From: Tolypothrix carrinoi HA7290-LM1
Lineage (GTDB): Bacteria; Cyanobacteriota; Cyanobacteriia; Cyanobacteriales; Nostocaceae
Direction: 5' to 3'
Assembly: GCA_019358935.1 (NCBI GenBank)
Contig: JAHHIK010000084.1
Span: forward strand, 1 to 37,658
Length of the DNA: 37,658 nt
This document shows positions 8,549-17,927 of this stretch, one piece after another. The notes beneath the pieces were generated by a model, which saw only the letters and a list, made by a program, of their open reading frames with translations, did not search any database and was not told the DNA's origin. Made by a program: the position numbers and the translations under genes. Position 1 is the stretch's first letter. Every line of letters begins with the position of its first letter.

Positions 8549-9382
8549 ATGCAAATCAACTGGGAAACTGCCAAAACCTACGAAGATATTCTTTATCACA
8601 AAGCCGACGGTATCGCCAAAATCACCATCAATCGTCCCCACAAACGCAATGCTTTTCGTCCAAAAACCGTCTTTGAACTTTACAACGCTTTTTCTGATGT
8701 CCGTGAAGATACTACTATCGGTGTTGTACTATTTACTGGCGCAGGACCCCACACAGATGGGAAATACGCCTTTTGTGCTGGCGGCGATCAAAGTGTGCGA
8801 GGGCACGCCGGTTATGTAGATGATGATGGTGTACCTCGTTTGAATGTGCTGGATTTACAACGCCTGATTCGTTCGATGCCGAAAGTAGTAATTGCTTTGG
8901 TTGCTGGATATGCGATCGGTGGTGGACACGTTTTACACTTGATTTGCGATCTCACCATCGCTGCCGATAACGCCATTTTCGGACAAACTGGTCCCAAAGT
9001 CGGCAGTTTTGACGGTGGTTTTGGCGCTAGTTATCTCGCTCGCATCGTCGGACAAAAAAAAGCCCGAGAAATTTGGTTTCTCTGCCGCCAATATACTGCA
9101 CAACAAGCCGAGGAAATGGGTTTAGTTAATTGTGTTGTACCAGTAGAACAACTAGAAAAAGAAGGAATTCAGTGGGCACAAGAAATATTAGAAAAAAGTC
9201 CCATCGCTATTCGCTGTCTCAAAGCCGCATTCAACGCCGATTGTGATGGACAAGCTGGTTTGCAAGAACTTGCAGGTAATGCCACTTTACTTTATTACAT
9301 GACCCAAGAAGGTTCCGAAGGCAAACAAGCTTTTCTCGAAAAGCGTCCGCCAAATTTTCGCGACTTTCCCTGGCTTCCGTGA
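8549..9382 (+). CDS. menB: 1,4-dihydroxy-2-naphthoyl-CoA synthase (277 aa from MQINW)
   Basis: [57 protein letters not shown]. Confidence 0.97.
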   Translation: MQINWETAKTYEDILYHKADGIAKITINRPHKRNAFRPKTVFELYNAFSDVREDTTIGVVLFTGAGPHTDGKYAFCAGGDQSVRGHAGYVDDDGVPRLNVLDLQRLIRSMPKVVIALVAGYAIGGGHVLHLICDLTIAADNAIFGQTGPKVGSFDGGFGASYLARIVGQKKAREIWFLCRQYTAQQAEEMGLVNCVVPVEQLEKEGIQWAQEILEKSPIAIRCLKAAFNADCDGQAGLQELAGNATLLYYMTQEGSEGKQAFLEKRPPNFRDFPWLP

Positions 9383-10874
9383 ACTACCCACACTGACCCA
9401 GAGTACCGGGTACAGTGTCGGCTTCTGTACTCAATGGCGAGTGCCTCAGATGCGACTTTCGCCCCATCTTTGGTCTTACCTCCCCTCCTACAGCAGGGAC
9501 GGCTGAACCATCCGCCCTTAGCATTCTGATTCCTTCTGCTCTAATGTTGATGGCTGCATTACCATCTCTGTCATGATGAGTGCCGCAATGAGGGCAAGTC
9601 CATTCCCTCACATCTAGTGGCATTTCACTTACTTGATAGAAACAATTAGAGCAAAGCTTGGAACTGGGGAACCATCTATCTATCTCAACCAACTTTGCAC
9701 CTTTGCGTTCTAGCTTGTAGGCTAAAAAGTTGGTGAATGTTCCCCATCCACAATCAGATACCGCTTTTGCCAATTTATGATTACGAACCATGCCCTTGAC
9801 ATGAAGGTTTTCTACCATGACAGCTTGGCTATCGCTGACCAACTTATAACTTGCGTTTGTGTAGAAAATCTTGCCGCGAATTGCTAACTCGTTCGTACAC
9901 CTTGGCAACAACTTTTCTATATCTATGCCGCGAATTACTTCCTTTTTGTTTACGAGCTAATTTTTGTTGTTTGCGTTTTAGATTTTTTTCGTGTTTAGCA
10001 AAATGTTTAGGATTGTCGTACTTTGACACTTTTTCGCCGTCAGTGACGACTGCAAAATGCTTTAGTCCTAAATCAATCCCATAAATCTTGCCTTCTGTCG
10101 CAGCCGGGTTTTCCCCTTCTATTTCGGTCAGAATGGATGCAAAATACTTGCCTGATGGAGTCTTGCTAACAGTAACAGTTTTAATTTTCCCCGAAATTGG
10201 TCTATGTATCTTGGCTTTGACTATCCCAATATTGCCTGGAAGTTTGACAAGGGAGCCATCCACGATTTTGACTTTTGAGGATACTGAATAGACTGCCTAC
10301 CGTGCTTAGACTTGAACCGAGGAAAGCCTGCGCGTTTATCAAAAAAGTTTTTGTATGCTGTGGTCAGGTTAAGTGTTGTAGCTTGTAAAACTTGGCTATA
10401 ACAATCAGACAGCCATGCAGTATTTTCTGCTTTTTTGAGTGCTGGAAGAAGTGCATTGAGTGCTGAACGTCCAAGTCCTTTGCCAGTTTGCTTGTAAGTC
10501 TCAATAGATTTATTTAGCGCATAGTTCCACCACCAGCGGGCAGAACCAAACGTTTGGGCTAAGAGTATTTGTTGCTCTTTGGATGGATATAAACGAACTT
10601 GTACAACTTTGTGCAACACTCAATATCACCTCCTTGATTTTTTATTTTATCGCAATATACAGTTATTGATAAAAATGTTCCGGACAAATTTGGCAATTCC
10701 TCGCGACGTGTACGTCTGAGTGAGTATTCTGTCCGTCGAACCGTCGCTATCGACCAACATTCCTAATTGAACTGTGTTCAATGTCGGTCGTTGGTCAATT
10801 CGTCATTGCCCACCTTATATCCCGCCACTGCCGATCAAAGACGGAATACAGTGGGGGACGAGGGCGTGTGAGAG
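9379..10874 (-). mobile_element. IS200/IS605-family (tnpB-only, IS1341-like) element, 1496 bp
   Basis: Right end ...GGGTAGTTCAC (9379) preceded by hairpin CACTGTACCC..GGGTCAGTG. Left end abuts TTTAA (minus strand, 10879-10875). No TSD. Excision restores menB ...CTT CCT TAA plus its terminator. Confidence 0.88.
9384..10619 (-). pseudogene. tnpB: TnpB RNA-guided nuclease, split into three frames (frameshifts near 10275 and 9855)
   Basis: VRLYP HTH start with AGGAGGTG RBS, GFPRFKSK, RuvC-I GIDLG, RuvC-II VENL, zinc finger CSNC/CPHC, RuvC-III DRDGNAAINI. Confidence 0.92.
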
Positions 10875-10881
10875 TTAAAAC

Positions 10882-10919
10882 TCAAAAATCGCACCTTTGC
10901 TTAAAGATGCGATTTTTGA
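10882..10919. terminator. Bidirectional terminator hairpin (original menB terminator, now displaced by the IS)
   Basis: TCAAAAATCGCA-CCTTTGCTTAAAGA-TGCGATTTTTGA inverted repeat between convergent genes. Confidence 0.75.
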
Positions 10920-11007
10920 AGATGTGAAGATTCTTTACAGATTAATAAGTATTAAAACCAAATTTACTTTGGGCAGATTAATTTTGCGAGTTGGTAACAA
11001 TCAGCCC

Positions 11008-11319
11008 CTAAATTAAAATTGCCTGAGCTTGTGCCTGTTCAGAAGTGCAGACGGCTGTTTGGCTAACAGAAGCAACTGCAATTTTATCTAAACTAGAACC
11101 TAAAGAACTAGAAGCCAAAACTGGTGTTGCATTAGGCAAACTCCAAACATCTTCCAAACTTTCCCAGCTAGGTGCAAACGGTGGGAGCGCGAAAGAGCAA
11201 GCCTTCCAACTTCCGAGAACTGGCGCTCCCAACTGTTGGCAAAGTCCGCCACGGCGTCCTTCCGGCTTGTAATGACGACAATATCGACAGGCAGAAGTCA
11301 AGAATTTAATGGGTTTCAT
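11008..11319 (-). CDS. Cys-rich cyanobacterial hypothetical protein
   Basis: CRYCRHY..EGRRGG.C..L...W.AC pattern; 103-aa ORF. Confidence 0.7.
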   Translation of the reverse strand: MKPIKFLTSACRYCRHYKPEGRRGGLCQQLGAPVLGSWKACSFALPPFAPSWESLEDVWSLPNATPVLASSSLGSSLDKIAVASVSQTAVCTSEQAQAQAILI

Positions 11320-11802
11320 CTGGGTTCATCTTAAATCCCGTTAGGGCTGATTTCTAGCTTCAATTCTGCTCTACATATAAATACCTATTTAAGCCAGAAA
11401 CCCATTATTCTGTATATGTTCTAGCGATCCCGATGAAATTATTAACTTTATAAAATTTTTATATTTGTGTCATATTTGGCAATAATCCAACTACCGTAAC
11501 TATAGCAATATCAGGCTCAAAAGCATTAGGGATCAAGGTTAAGCCTTATGTTTTGGATTTAGTCAGCGTGTTAAATTCACCTCAAAAAATGTCACATAAC
11601 ATAGCTGGCATAAATTTAGGGGGAAATTAGGAGAAATTTTGATAAGTATATCTACAGGGATACTACCTGAGAAATATAATTTTTCTCTCGTTGAGAGTAA
11701 AATATTAAATCATAAATAAGGTTTTTCCTTTGCGTCAGCACTCGTGTGTGCTGTAAATAGGCGCTATCCACGCCTACTACGTTCATCTATTTTTTGTTGT
11801 CT

Positions 11803-12354
11803 TCAAATATTAGAAAACTGCTTGGTAGCACAGATAGAACAGACACCCCAACGCTGGATTTCGCCTGGTGGGGTGGGAGATTGACATTGAGGACAAATAG
11901 GTAAATTATGCGATCGCCTTTGCATCTTTTTAGCCCAATTTTCAAAAGCAGCATTCGCATTCTTAGTGGGTGCGCGATCGCGCTCTTTCCTTGTCTCATC
12001 ACCAAGGTAACTGGGATGTTCGCACGGCGAAAGCGTTTTTTGCTGGTTTGCTTTATCTTGGGGACGCTTCCAACCAGCAGTAGAGAAGTGAATATCTACT
12101 AAAGGATCGGGCAGTTTTTCATTTAACTTTACAAGCAGTCGCTGGCGCTCGAAAGTTAAGTTTTGCGCCCAAGCTGCGCTAGAAGTTGCCACCCGCAATA
12201 CATCGCGCTGAATCGACAATGGTTGAGTATGAGCGGCGATCGCACTTCCTACCACTTCAGCCCAACACTTGAGCAAGCGAGGAAATGGCTGCTGGTGCAG
12301 TAATATCTGAATTTCCGGAAGACTTAAAATATCATTAACTGATTTCAAAGACAT
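11803..12354 (-). CDS. DUF721/DciA-family protein with C-terminal Zn ribbon
   Basis: WAEVVG..IAAHTQP...LRVATSSAAWAQNL; CPQC...CSIC. Confidence 0.85.
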   Translation of the reverse strand: MSLKSVNDILSLPEIQILLHQQPFPRLLKCWAEVVGSAIAAHTQPLSIQRDVLRVATSSAAWAQNLTFERQRLLVKLNEKLPDPLVDIHFSTAGWKRPQDKANQQKTLSPCEHPSYLGDETRKERDRAPTKNANAAFENWAKKMQRRSHNLPICPQCQSPTPPGEIQRWGVCSICATKQFSNI

Positions 12355-12484
12355 CTCGCGTAAACCTTGAGCAAAAATTTTAACTTGCTACAAAAACCAT
12401 AAATCTATTCAAAGAATTTTCGTTAGGATTGGCACACATGTATTTTAAGTTAATCCAGTAATCTACTTTTGAGGCAGACAGGCT

Positions 12485-13720
12485 ATGAGTCAAGACCCCC
12501 GACATTTGGGTACTCAATCGTCGAAAACACCTGGGTTGAAGCCAGCACTAGCGTCAGCACTATCTTGTTTAGAAGTGCAACTAGATCAAGAGTTAGCCCG
12601 CTATCGACGTACACGAACCGGATACAACATACCTAACCAAAGCCGCGTCAGTAGTAACGCACCTCAATTGCAGCAGACTGCGATCGCGGCGTTGGACGGA
12701 GTGCTTGCCGCAGGCATCGCGCCCAAAAAAGCCGTACCAACTCCAACTTTGTTACAAGATGCGACCGTTCTGCAAGCGAATACCCCGTCCGCATCTGTTG
12801 AAGTTGAAACTCCTCAGTCAATGCCAGCGGCGACAACGGTAAATACTGAGATACAAAATCCTCCAAAGGTTGAGGTTATAGATAAAACAGATACACCTAA
12901 TAAGGAAAATGGCAGTATTGTGCCTGCGGTTGTCAAATCTGATAAAACAGAAAATACCCCATCAGATGACACCCCCAAGCAGCCAGACGATTATTTAGAA
13001 TCATCTGAAGCACTGCTGCGAAGTTTGACAGAAGAACAACCACAAAAAAGAAAGCCAAGTAACAGCGACAATCTGCTATCACCTTTGGGGATTGGCTCAA
13101 TGTTATTGCTATTAGTAGCTAGTTTAACCTTGGGATACGTAATTTTTAATCCGAAAAGCTTGTCTGTGTTTGGCTTTGGTGGCAAGTCTCAGCCAAATTC
13201 GCCACCAACGGCATCGACAACTAATGTAAAAAATACTGAGAAAACGAAACCGGAAACACCGACTACGCCCATACCTAAGTATCCGAATCTCGCCACCGAT
13301 GAATTTCCAGAGGTGAACGATCCTAATGACGTAGTTGGCTTAAAACCCAAACCGAAACCGACTCCTACAGCAATACCAAGCCCTGTGGCGGCAAGAATTC
13401 CGGCAAATCCACTCTTGGCGCCAATACAACAAGCGCAACCCTTGCCAGGACAAATGCCAACACCAAAGGCGACAACTTCGCCCAAACCAGAATTGCCGCT
13501 AACAGAAGTGAAACCGTCAGCGGATGGATTTTATCATATTGTCATAGATAATCAAGGCGCGAACGCTTTCGCCTCTGCACGGGTAGTAGTTCCCGATGCT
13601 TATTTCTCACCTGATGGAAAATTGATTTATCTGGGTGCCCTGAAAACCAAAGAACAAGTAAAACAACAGATGCAACTACTACAGTCAAAAGGAATTAAAG
13701 CGCGGGTGCAGCAACCTTAA
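12485..13720 (+). CDS. Single-pass membrane protein, Pro/Thr-rich, possible C-terminal SPOR-like domain
   Basis: N-terminal helix LEVQLDQELARYRR, TM segment LGIGSMLLLLVASLTLGYVIF, C-terminal IYLGA...LQSKGIKARV. Confidence 0.7.
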   Translation: MSQDPRHLGTQSSKTPGLKPALASALSCLEVQLDQELARYRRTRTGYNIPNQSRVSSNAPQLQQTAIAALDGVLAAGIAPKKAVPTPTLLQDATVLQANTPSASVEVETPQSMPAATTVNTEIQNPPKVEVIDKTDTPNKENGSIVPAVVKSDKTENTPSDDTPKQPDDYLESSEALLRSLTEEQPQKRKPSNSDNLLSPLGIGSMLLLLVASLTLGYVIFNPKSLSVFGFGGKSQPNSPPTASTTNVKNTEKTKPETPTTPIPKYPNLATDEFPEVNDPNDVVGLKPKPKPTPTAIPSPVAARIPANPLLAPIQQAQPLPGQMPTPKATTSPKPELPLTEVKPSADGFYHIVIDNQGANAFASARVVVPDAYFSPDGKLIYLGALKTKEQVKQQMQLLQSKGIKARVQQP

Positions 13721-13826
13721 GGAGCGAAAATCTACGATACCATGAAAAAAACATCTACTTAATCTCTAGCTGTTGACACTGTGAGCTAATCGCTATGTGC
13801 GAGCAAAAAGTGAATGGAGAGCCGAA

Positions 13827-14543
13827 ATGGAACTGATGAAGCGTATCCAACGGGTGATTCGCGCTAATCTCAATAGTATGACGGGCAGTGCGTCAGATCC
13901 AGAAAAGATTCTGGAGCAAGCCGTTATGGAGATGCAAACTAATTTGGTGCAATTGCGACAAGCTGTAGCACAAGCGATCGCTACTCAAAAACGCACTGAA
14001 CGACAAACCGCTCAGGCTAAGTCAACAGCTATTGAATGGTATCGTCGCGCTCAACTAGCGCTACAAGCCAATAATGAACCTCTCGCAAAAGAAGCGCTCA
14101 CTAAACGTCGTGCTTATCAAGAAACAGAAAAAGCTCTTGCAGCTCAAATGGAGCAGCAAAACAGTCTGATAGTTAAAATGAAACAAGATATGCGATCGCT
14201 AGAATTTAAAATTAGCGAGGCGAAAACCAAAAAAGATATGTACATCGCTCGCGCTCGTTCTGCTGAAGCGTCTTACCGACTTCAGGAAATGTTGAGCAAT
14301 TCATCTACCACTAACAGCTTAAACGCTTTTGAACGGATGGAAGAAAAAGTTTTGCAACTCGAAGCCAAATCAGAAGCAATAGCTCAACTCGACAGCGATG
14401 ACTTAGAGCAGCAATTTCTGATGAAAGAATCTAACAATAGTATTGATGGGGAATTAGCAGCGATGAAGGTGCAGCTTTTAAGTGGGACAGATAATGTACC
14501 ACACCCAAGCAATAATTTCAATTCTGAAAGCGGAAATACCTAA
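13827..14543 (+). CDS. pspA: PspA/IM30-family protein
   Basis: RVIRANLN...DPEKILEQA, AFERMEEKV; coiled coil; directly upstream of vipp1. Confidence 0.88.
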   Translation: MELMKRIQRVIRANLNSMTGSASDPEKILEQAVMEMQTNLVQLRQAVAQAIATQKRTERQTAQAKSTAIEWYRRAQLALQANNEPLAKEALTKRRAYQETEKALAAQMEQQNSLIVKMKQDMRSLEFKISEAKTKKDMYIARARSAEASYRLQEMLSNSSTTNSLNAFERMEEKVLQLEAKSEAIAQLDSDDLEQQFLMKESNNSIDGELAAMKVQLLSGTDNVPHPSNNFNSESGNT

Positions 14544-14723
14544 ACTCACGAATCGTAAAGATTGGGCAATTAAGGAAAACTAAAGCATATCTTAGAAATT
14601 AAGGGTTGTGTGAAGCTACCAATCCTCATCGAAAAGATTAAATTGAAATAGGTAGCTATTAAACAGTAAAAAAGCTAGTGTATCCGTTCAAAGCGCGTAA
14701 ATCGCAAAAGGAAAAACAAAGTT

Positions 14724-15506
14724 ATGGGATTATTTGATCGCATTAGACGAGTAGTTGGTGCTAACCTTAATGACCTGGTAAGTAAAGCCGAAGATCCAGA
14801 AAAAATGCTGGAACAAGCCATCCTGGAAATGCAGGAAGACTTAGTACAGCTGCGTCAGGGAGTCGCTCAGGCGATCGCTGCTCAAAAACGTACAGAAAAA
14901 CAGTATAATGATGCCCAAAATGAAATAAATAAGTGGCAACGTAATGCCCAGCTAGCGCTGCAAAAAGGTGATGAAAACCTAGCACGTCAAGCACTAGAGC
15001 GGAAAAAAACTTACACCGACACCGGCACTGCGCTCAAAACCAGCCTGGATCAGCAAAGTACCCAGGTAGATACTCTCAAGCGCAACTTAATCCAGCTAGA
15101 GAGCAAAATTTCTGAGGCAAAAACCAAGAAAGAAATGCTCAAAGCGCGGATCACCACTGCCAAAGCTCAAGAGCAACTTCAAGGCATGGTGCGCGGTATG
15201 AATACCAGCAGCGCAATGGCAGCTTTCGAGCGGATGGAAGAGAAAGTCTTGATGCAAGAAGCTCGCGCTCAGTCAGCAGGAGAGTTAGCAGGTGCCGATT
15301 TAGAAAGCCAATTTGCCAAATTGGAAGCAGGTAGCGATGTTGACGATGAATTGGAAGCTTTGAAAGCGCAGATGACACTAGGACCTGCTGCCACACCAAC
15401 TCAATCGTTACCCCCAGGACAAACCACCACTCCCAAAACTAATCAGCAACCGGAAGTGGTTGATGCCGAAATCGAATCGCTACGCAAGCAATTGGATCAA
15501 ATGTAA
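14724..15506 (+). CDS. vipp1: Vipp1/IM30 thylakoid membrane protein
   Basis: MGLFDRIRRVVGANLNDLVSKAEDPEK; C-terminal extension with helix VDAEIESLRKQLDQM. Confidence 0.93.
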   Translation: MGLFDRIRRVVGANLNDLVSKAEDPEKMLEQAILEMQEDLVQLRQGVAQAIAAQKRTEKQYNDAQNEINKWQRNAQLALQKGDENLARQALERKKTYTDTGTALKTSLDQQSTQVDTLKRNLIQLESKISEAKTKKEMLKARITTAKAQEQLQGMVRGMNTSSAMAAFERMEEKVLMQEARAQSAGELAGADLESQFAKLEAGSDVDDELEALKAQMTLGPAATPTQSLPPGQTTTPKTNQQPEVVDAEIESLRKQLDQM

Positions 15507-15534
15507 CATTATCATCAAAATCCTCTTTCCCTAG

Positions 15535-15560
15535 TCCCACGCCTTTTGGTCGTGGGATTT
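15535..15560 (+). terminator. Putative terminator after vipp1
   Basis: TCCCACG-CCTTTTGGT-CGTGGGA-TTT. Confidence 0.5.
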
Positions 15561-15571
15561 CGCGTCAAAAT

Positions 15572-15599
15572 GTAGAGACGCGATATATCGCGTCTGTAC
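15572..15599. repeat. GTAG REP-like palindrome
   Basis: GTAGAGACGCGATATATCGCGTCTGTAC. Confidence 0.75.
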
Positions 15600-15706
15600 G
15601 AGTCAATTAAATTCAAACTCTAGATCGTTGACTTTGGACTATTGACGACTTTGAGATAGAGTATTTTGTGTGCCAATATAAATCGTGCCACCAGATGGAG
15701 ACTGCA

Positions 15707-16042
15707 ATGAGTAAGGGTGTAAGCACTATAACTGATGCTGAGTTTGAAACCGAAGTTTTGAAAGCCGAGCAGCCAGTATTAGTTTACTTTTGGGCTTCTT
15801 GGTGCGGACCTTGTAAATTGATGTCACCACTAATCAACTCAGCTGCCAATACGTACAGCGATCGCCTGAAAATAGTCAAAATGGAAGTAGATCCTAACCC
15901 ACAGACTGTTAAGGAATATCAAGTTGAAGGTGTACCCGCTCTCCGGCTATTTCAAGGAAACACAGTCTTAGCTTCCAGTGAGGGAGTCATCGGTAAAGAT
16001 AAATTACTCGACTTCCTGGAAACTCATTTAAACAATAATTAG
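15707..16042 (+). CDS. trxB: Thioredoxin, x-type-like
   Basis: VLVYFWASWCGPC, EVDPNP, VEGVPALRLF; resembles cyanobacterial x-type TrxB as recalled. Confidence 0.88.
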   Translation: MSKGVSTITDAEFETEVLKAEQPVLVYFWASWCGPCKLMSPLINSAANTYSDRLKIVKMEVDPNPQTVKEYQVEGVPALRLFQGNTVLASSEGVIGKDKLLDFLETHLNNN

Positions 16043-16063
16043 TCCAAACTTCTCTGACTCCCC

Positions 16064-16092
16064 GTACAGACGTTCCGTCGGAACGTCTCTAC
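16064..16092. repeat. GTAG REP-like palindrome
   Basis: GTACAGACGTTCCGTCGGAACGTCTCTAC. Confidence 0.75.
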
Positions 16093-16108
16093 CTAACTTT
16101 TAATTCCC

Positions 16109-16168
16109 AACTCCTAACTCCTAACTCCTAACTCCTAACTCCTAACTCCTAACTCCTAACTCCTAACT
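16109..16168. repeat. Heptameric STRR-type tandem repeat (AACTCCT)x8
   Basis: Perfect 7-mer array ending 3 nt before the aminotransferase ATG. Confidence 0.9.
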
Positions 16169-16171
16169 AAA

Positions 16172-17536
16172 ATGCAGTTTGCGAAACGTTTACAACCCCT
16201 GCAATTCAATGTATTTGCTGAAATGGACAGAGCTAAAGCAATAGCTAAGGCTGCTGGGCAACAGTTGATAGATTTGTCGCTGGGGTCTTCTGATTTACCA
16301 GCCGAAGCGCATGTTATTGAGGCGATCGCTTCTTCTCTTGGCGATCGAAGTACTCACGGCTACTTGCTGTTTAACGGTACGAGGGCGTTTCGCTCTGCCG
16401 CAGCTAATTGGTACGAGCAAAAGTTTGGCATAAAAGTTGACCCAGAAACGGAAGTGTTACCCCTGATTGGTTCTCAAGAAGGAACGGCACATTTACCTCT
16501 AGCAGTGCTGAATCCTGGAGATTTTGCCTTATTGCTCGATCCGGGCTATCCTTCTCATGCAGGCGGAGTGTACTTAGCCAGCGGTCAAATTTACCCGATG
16601 TCACTCCGGGAAGAAAACAATTTTTTACCAGTATTTAGCGAGATTCCCGCCCCTGTTTTGGCACAGTCGCGGATGATGGTATTGAGCTATCCTCACAATC
16701 CTACCAGCGCGATCGCCCCATTATCTTTCTTTCAAGAAGCTGTAGCGTTTTGTCAACAACATAATCTCGTCCTCGTTCACGATTTCCCCTACGTAGATTT
16801 AGTGTTTGACGAGACTGGGGGACAAGGGGGACAGGGGGGACAGGGAGGACAAGGGGGACAAGGGGGACAGGGGCGACAGGGAGGACAAGGAGGACAAGGA
16901 GGAAAAATTTCTCCCTTGTCTTCCCCCTCTCCCTTGTCTTCCCCCTCTCCCTTGTCTTCCCCATCCCCCCATCCCCCCCTCCCCCCCTCTCCCCATCCCC
17001 CCCTCCCCTCCTCCCCTCTCGCTCCTTCAATTTTCCAAGCTGACCCGGATAAAAGCGTCTCGATTGAGTTTTTCACTTTGTCCAAGTCATATAATATGGG
17101 TGGCTTCCGTATTGGCTACGCTATTGGTAATGCTGAGTTGATTCACGCTTTACGTCAGGTAAAGGCAGCTGTTGATTTTAATCAGTATCGGGGAATTTTA
17201 AATGGGGCGATCGCTGCTCTTACCGGTCCTCAAGCTGGGGTAAATGCTGCTGTTGCTACCTTCAAACAACGTCGAGATGCTTTTATTAACGCTTTACACC
17301 GCATTGGTTGGCAGGTTCCTACTCCCCAAGCAACAATGTATATTTGGGCAAAGTTGCCAGCACATTGGAGTCAAAATTCTATAGAATTTTGTACTGAGTT
17401 AGTCGAACAAACTGGTGTTGCGGCTTCCCCTGGTGCAGGCTTTGGTAAATTTGGGGAAGGGTATGTTCGCTTTGCTTTAGTCCATGAGCCAACTATATTA
17501 ACCACCGCTGTGGAGAGAATAGCTAAGTTTTTGTAA
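16172..17536 (+). CDS. PLP-dependent class I/II aminotransferase (LL-DAP/Asp aminotransferase-like) with in-frame low-complexity insert
   Basis: PLIGSQEG, YPHNPT, VHDFPY, FTLSKSYNMGGFRIGY (PLP Lys), PGAGFG..GEGYVRFAL. Confidence 0.9.
   Translation: MQFAKRLQPLQFNVFAEMDRAKAIAKAAGQQLIDLSLGSSDLPAEAHVIEAIASSLGDRSTHGYLLFNGTRAFRSAAANWYEQKFGIKVDPETEVLPLIGSQEGTAHLPLAVLNPGDFALLLDPGYPSHAGGVYLASGQIYPMSLREENNFLPVFSEIPAPVLAQSRMMVLSYPHNPTSAIAPLSFFQEAVAFCQQHNLVLVHDFPYVDLVFDETGGQGGQGGQGGQGGQGGQGRQGGQGGQGGKISPLSSPSPLSSPSPLSSPSPHPPLPPSPHPPLPSSPLAPSIFQADPDKSVSIEFFTLSKSYNMGGFRIGYAIGNAELIHALRQVKAAVDFNQYRGILNGAIAALTGPQAGVNAAVATFKQRRDAFINALHRIGWQVPTPQATMYIWAKLPAHWSQNSIEFCTELVEQTGVAASPGAGFGKFGEGYVRFALVHEPTILTTAVERIAKFL
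16814..17020 (+). repeat. In-frame GGACAAG repeat element: G-rich arm plus C-rich arm
   Basis: About nine 9-mers encoding GGQ/GRQ, then (CCCTTGTCTTCCCCCTCT)n and poly-C tracts encoding SPLSSP/PHPPLPPS. Confidence 0.9.
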
Positions 17537-17715
17537 GCAATTTATAAACTCTTCATCTCTAATTAACGATAAATTTATCGTTTCCGCCTTGACTACCTGC
17601 ATTTTCTCTGGAAGGTACAGGTAAAATTACATAGTACATAATACTAAAAATTACTATAAAAAAGTATATTTAGTCCGTGTTGAGCTAAAATCGTAGCTTC
17701 AAAAGTCAAAAAGAA

Positions 17716-17914
17716 GGGTGTAGGGGATAGGGTGTAGGGTGTAGGGGGAAGAGCGTGTTCGCAAGTACCCACCACTAATTTAAGACCACCAAATCGGAGA
17801 TTTTGGGGGAACGCAAGTACCCTATTCGTTCCGTTCTGGGGTGTACATAAAGCCCTGTTTTTTCTTCTTTCCCCAAACCCTACACCCCACACCCTACACC
17901 CTAGTTTTGGTCAA
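17716..17914. repeat. MITE-like element with inverted heptamer arms (GGGTGTA)n...(TACACCC)n
   Basis: GGGTGTAGGGGATAGGGTGTAGGGTGTAGGG at ~17716-17746 and CCCTACACCCCACACCCTACACCCTAGTTTTGGTCAA at ~17878-17914. Confidence 0.65.
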
Positions 17915-17927
17915 GGACGCGGCTAAC

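Noticed and set aside
16701..17141. Several overlapping low-complexity ORFs (PPCPPC, GDKGD), with similar ones at 24065, 28556-28880, 29774-29995 and 36024-36523
   Set aside because: Alternative frames of stop-free GGACAAG repeats.
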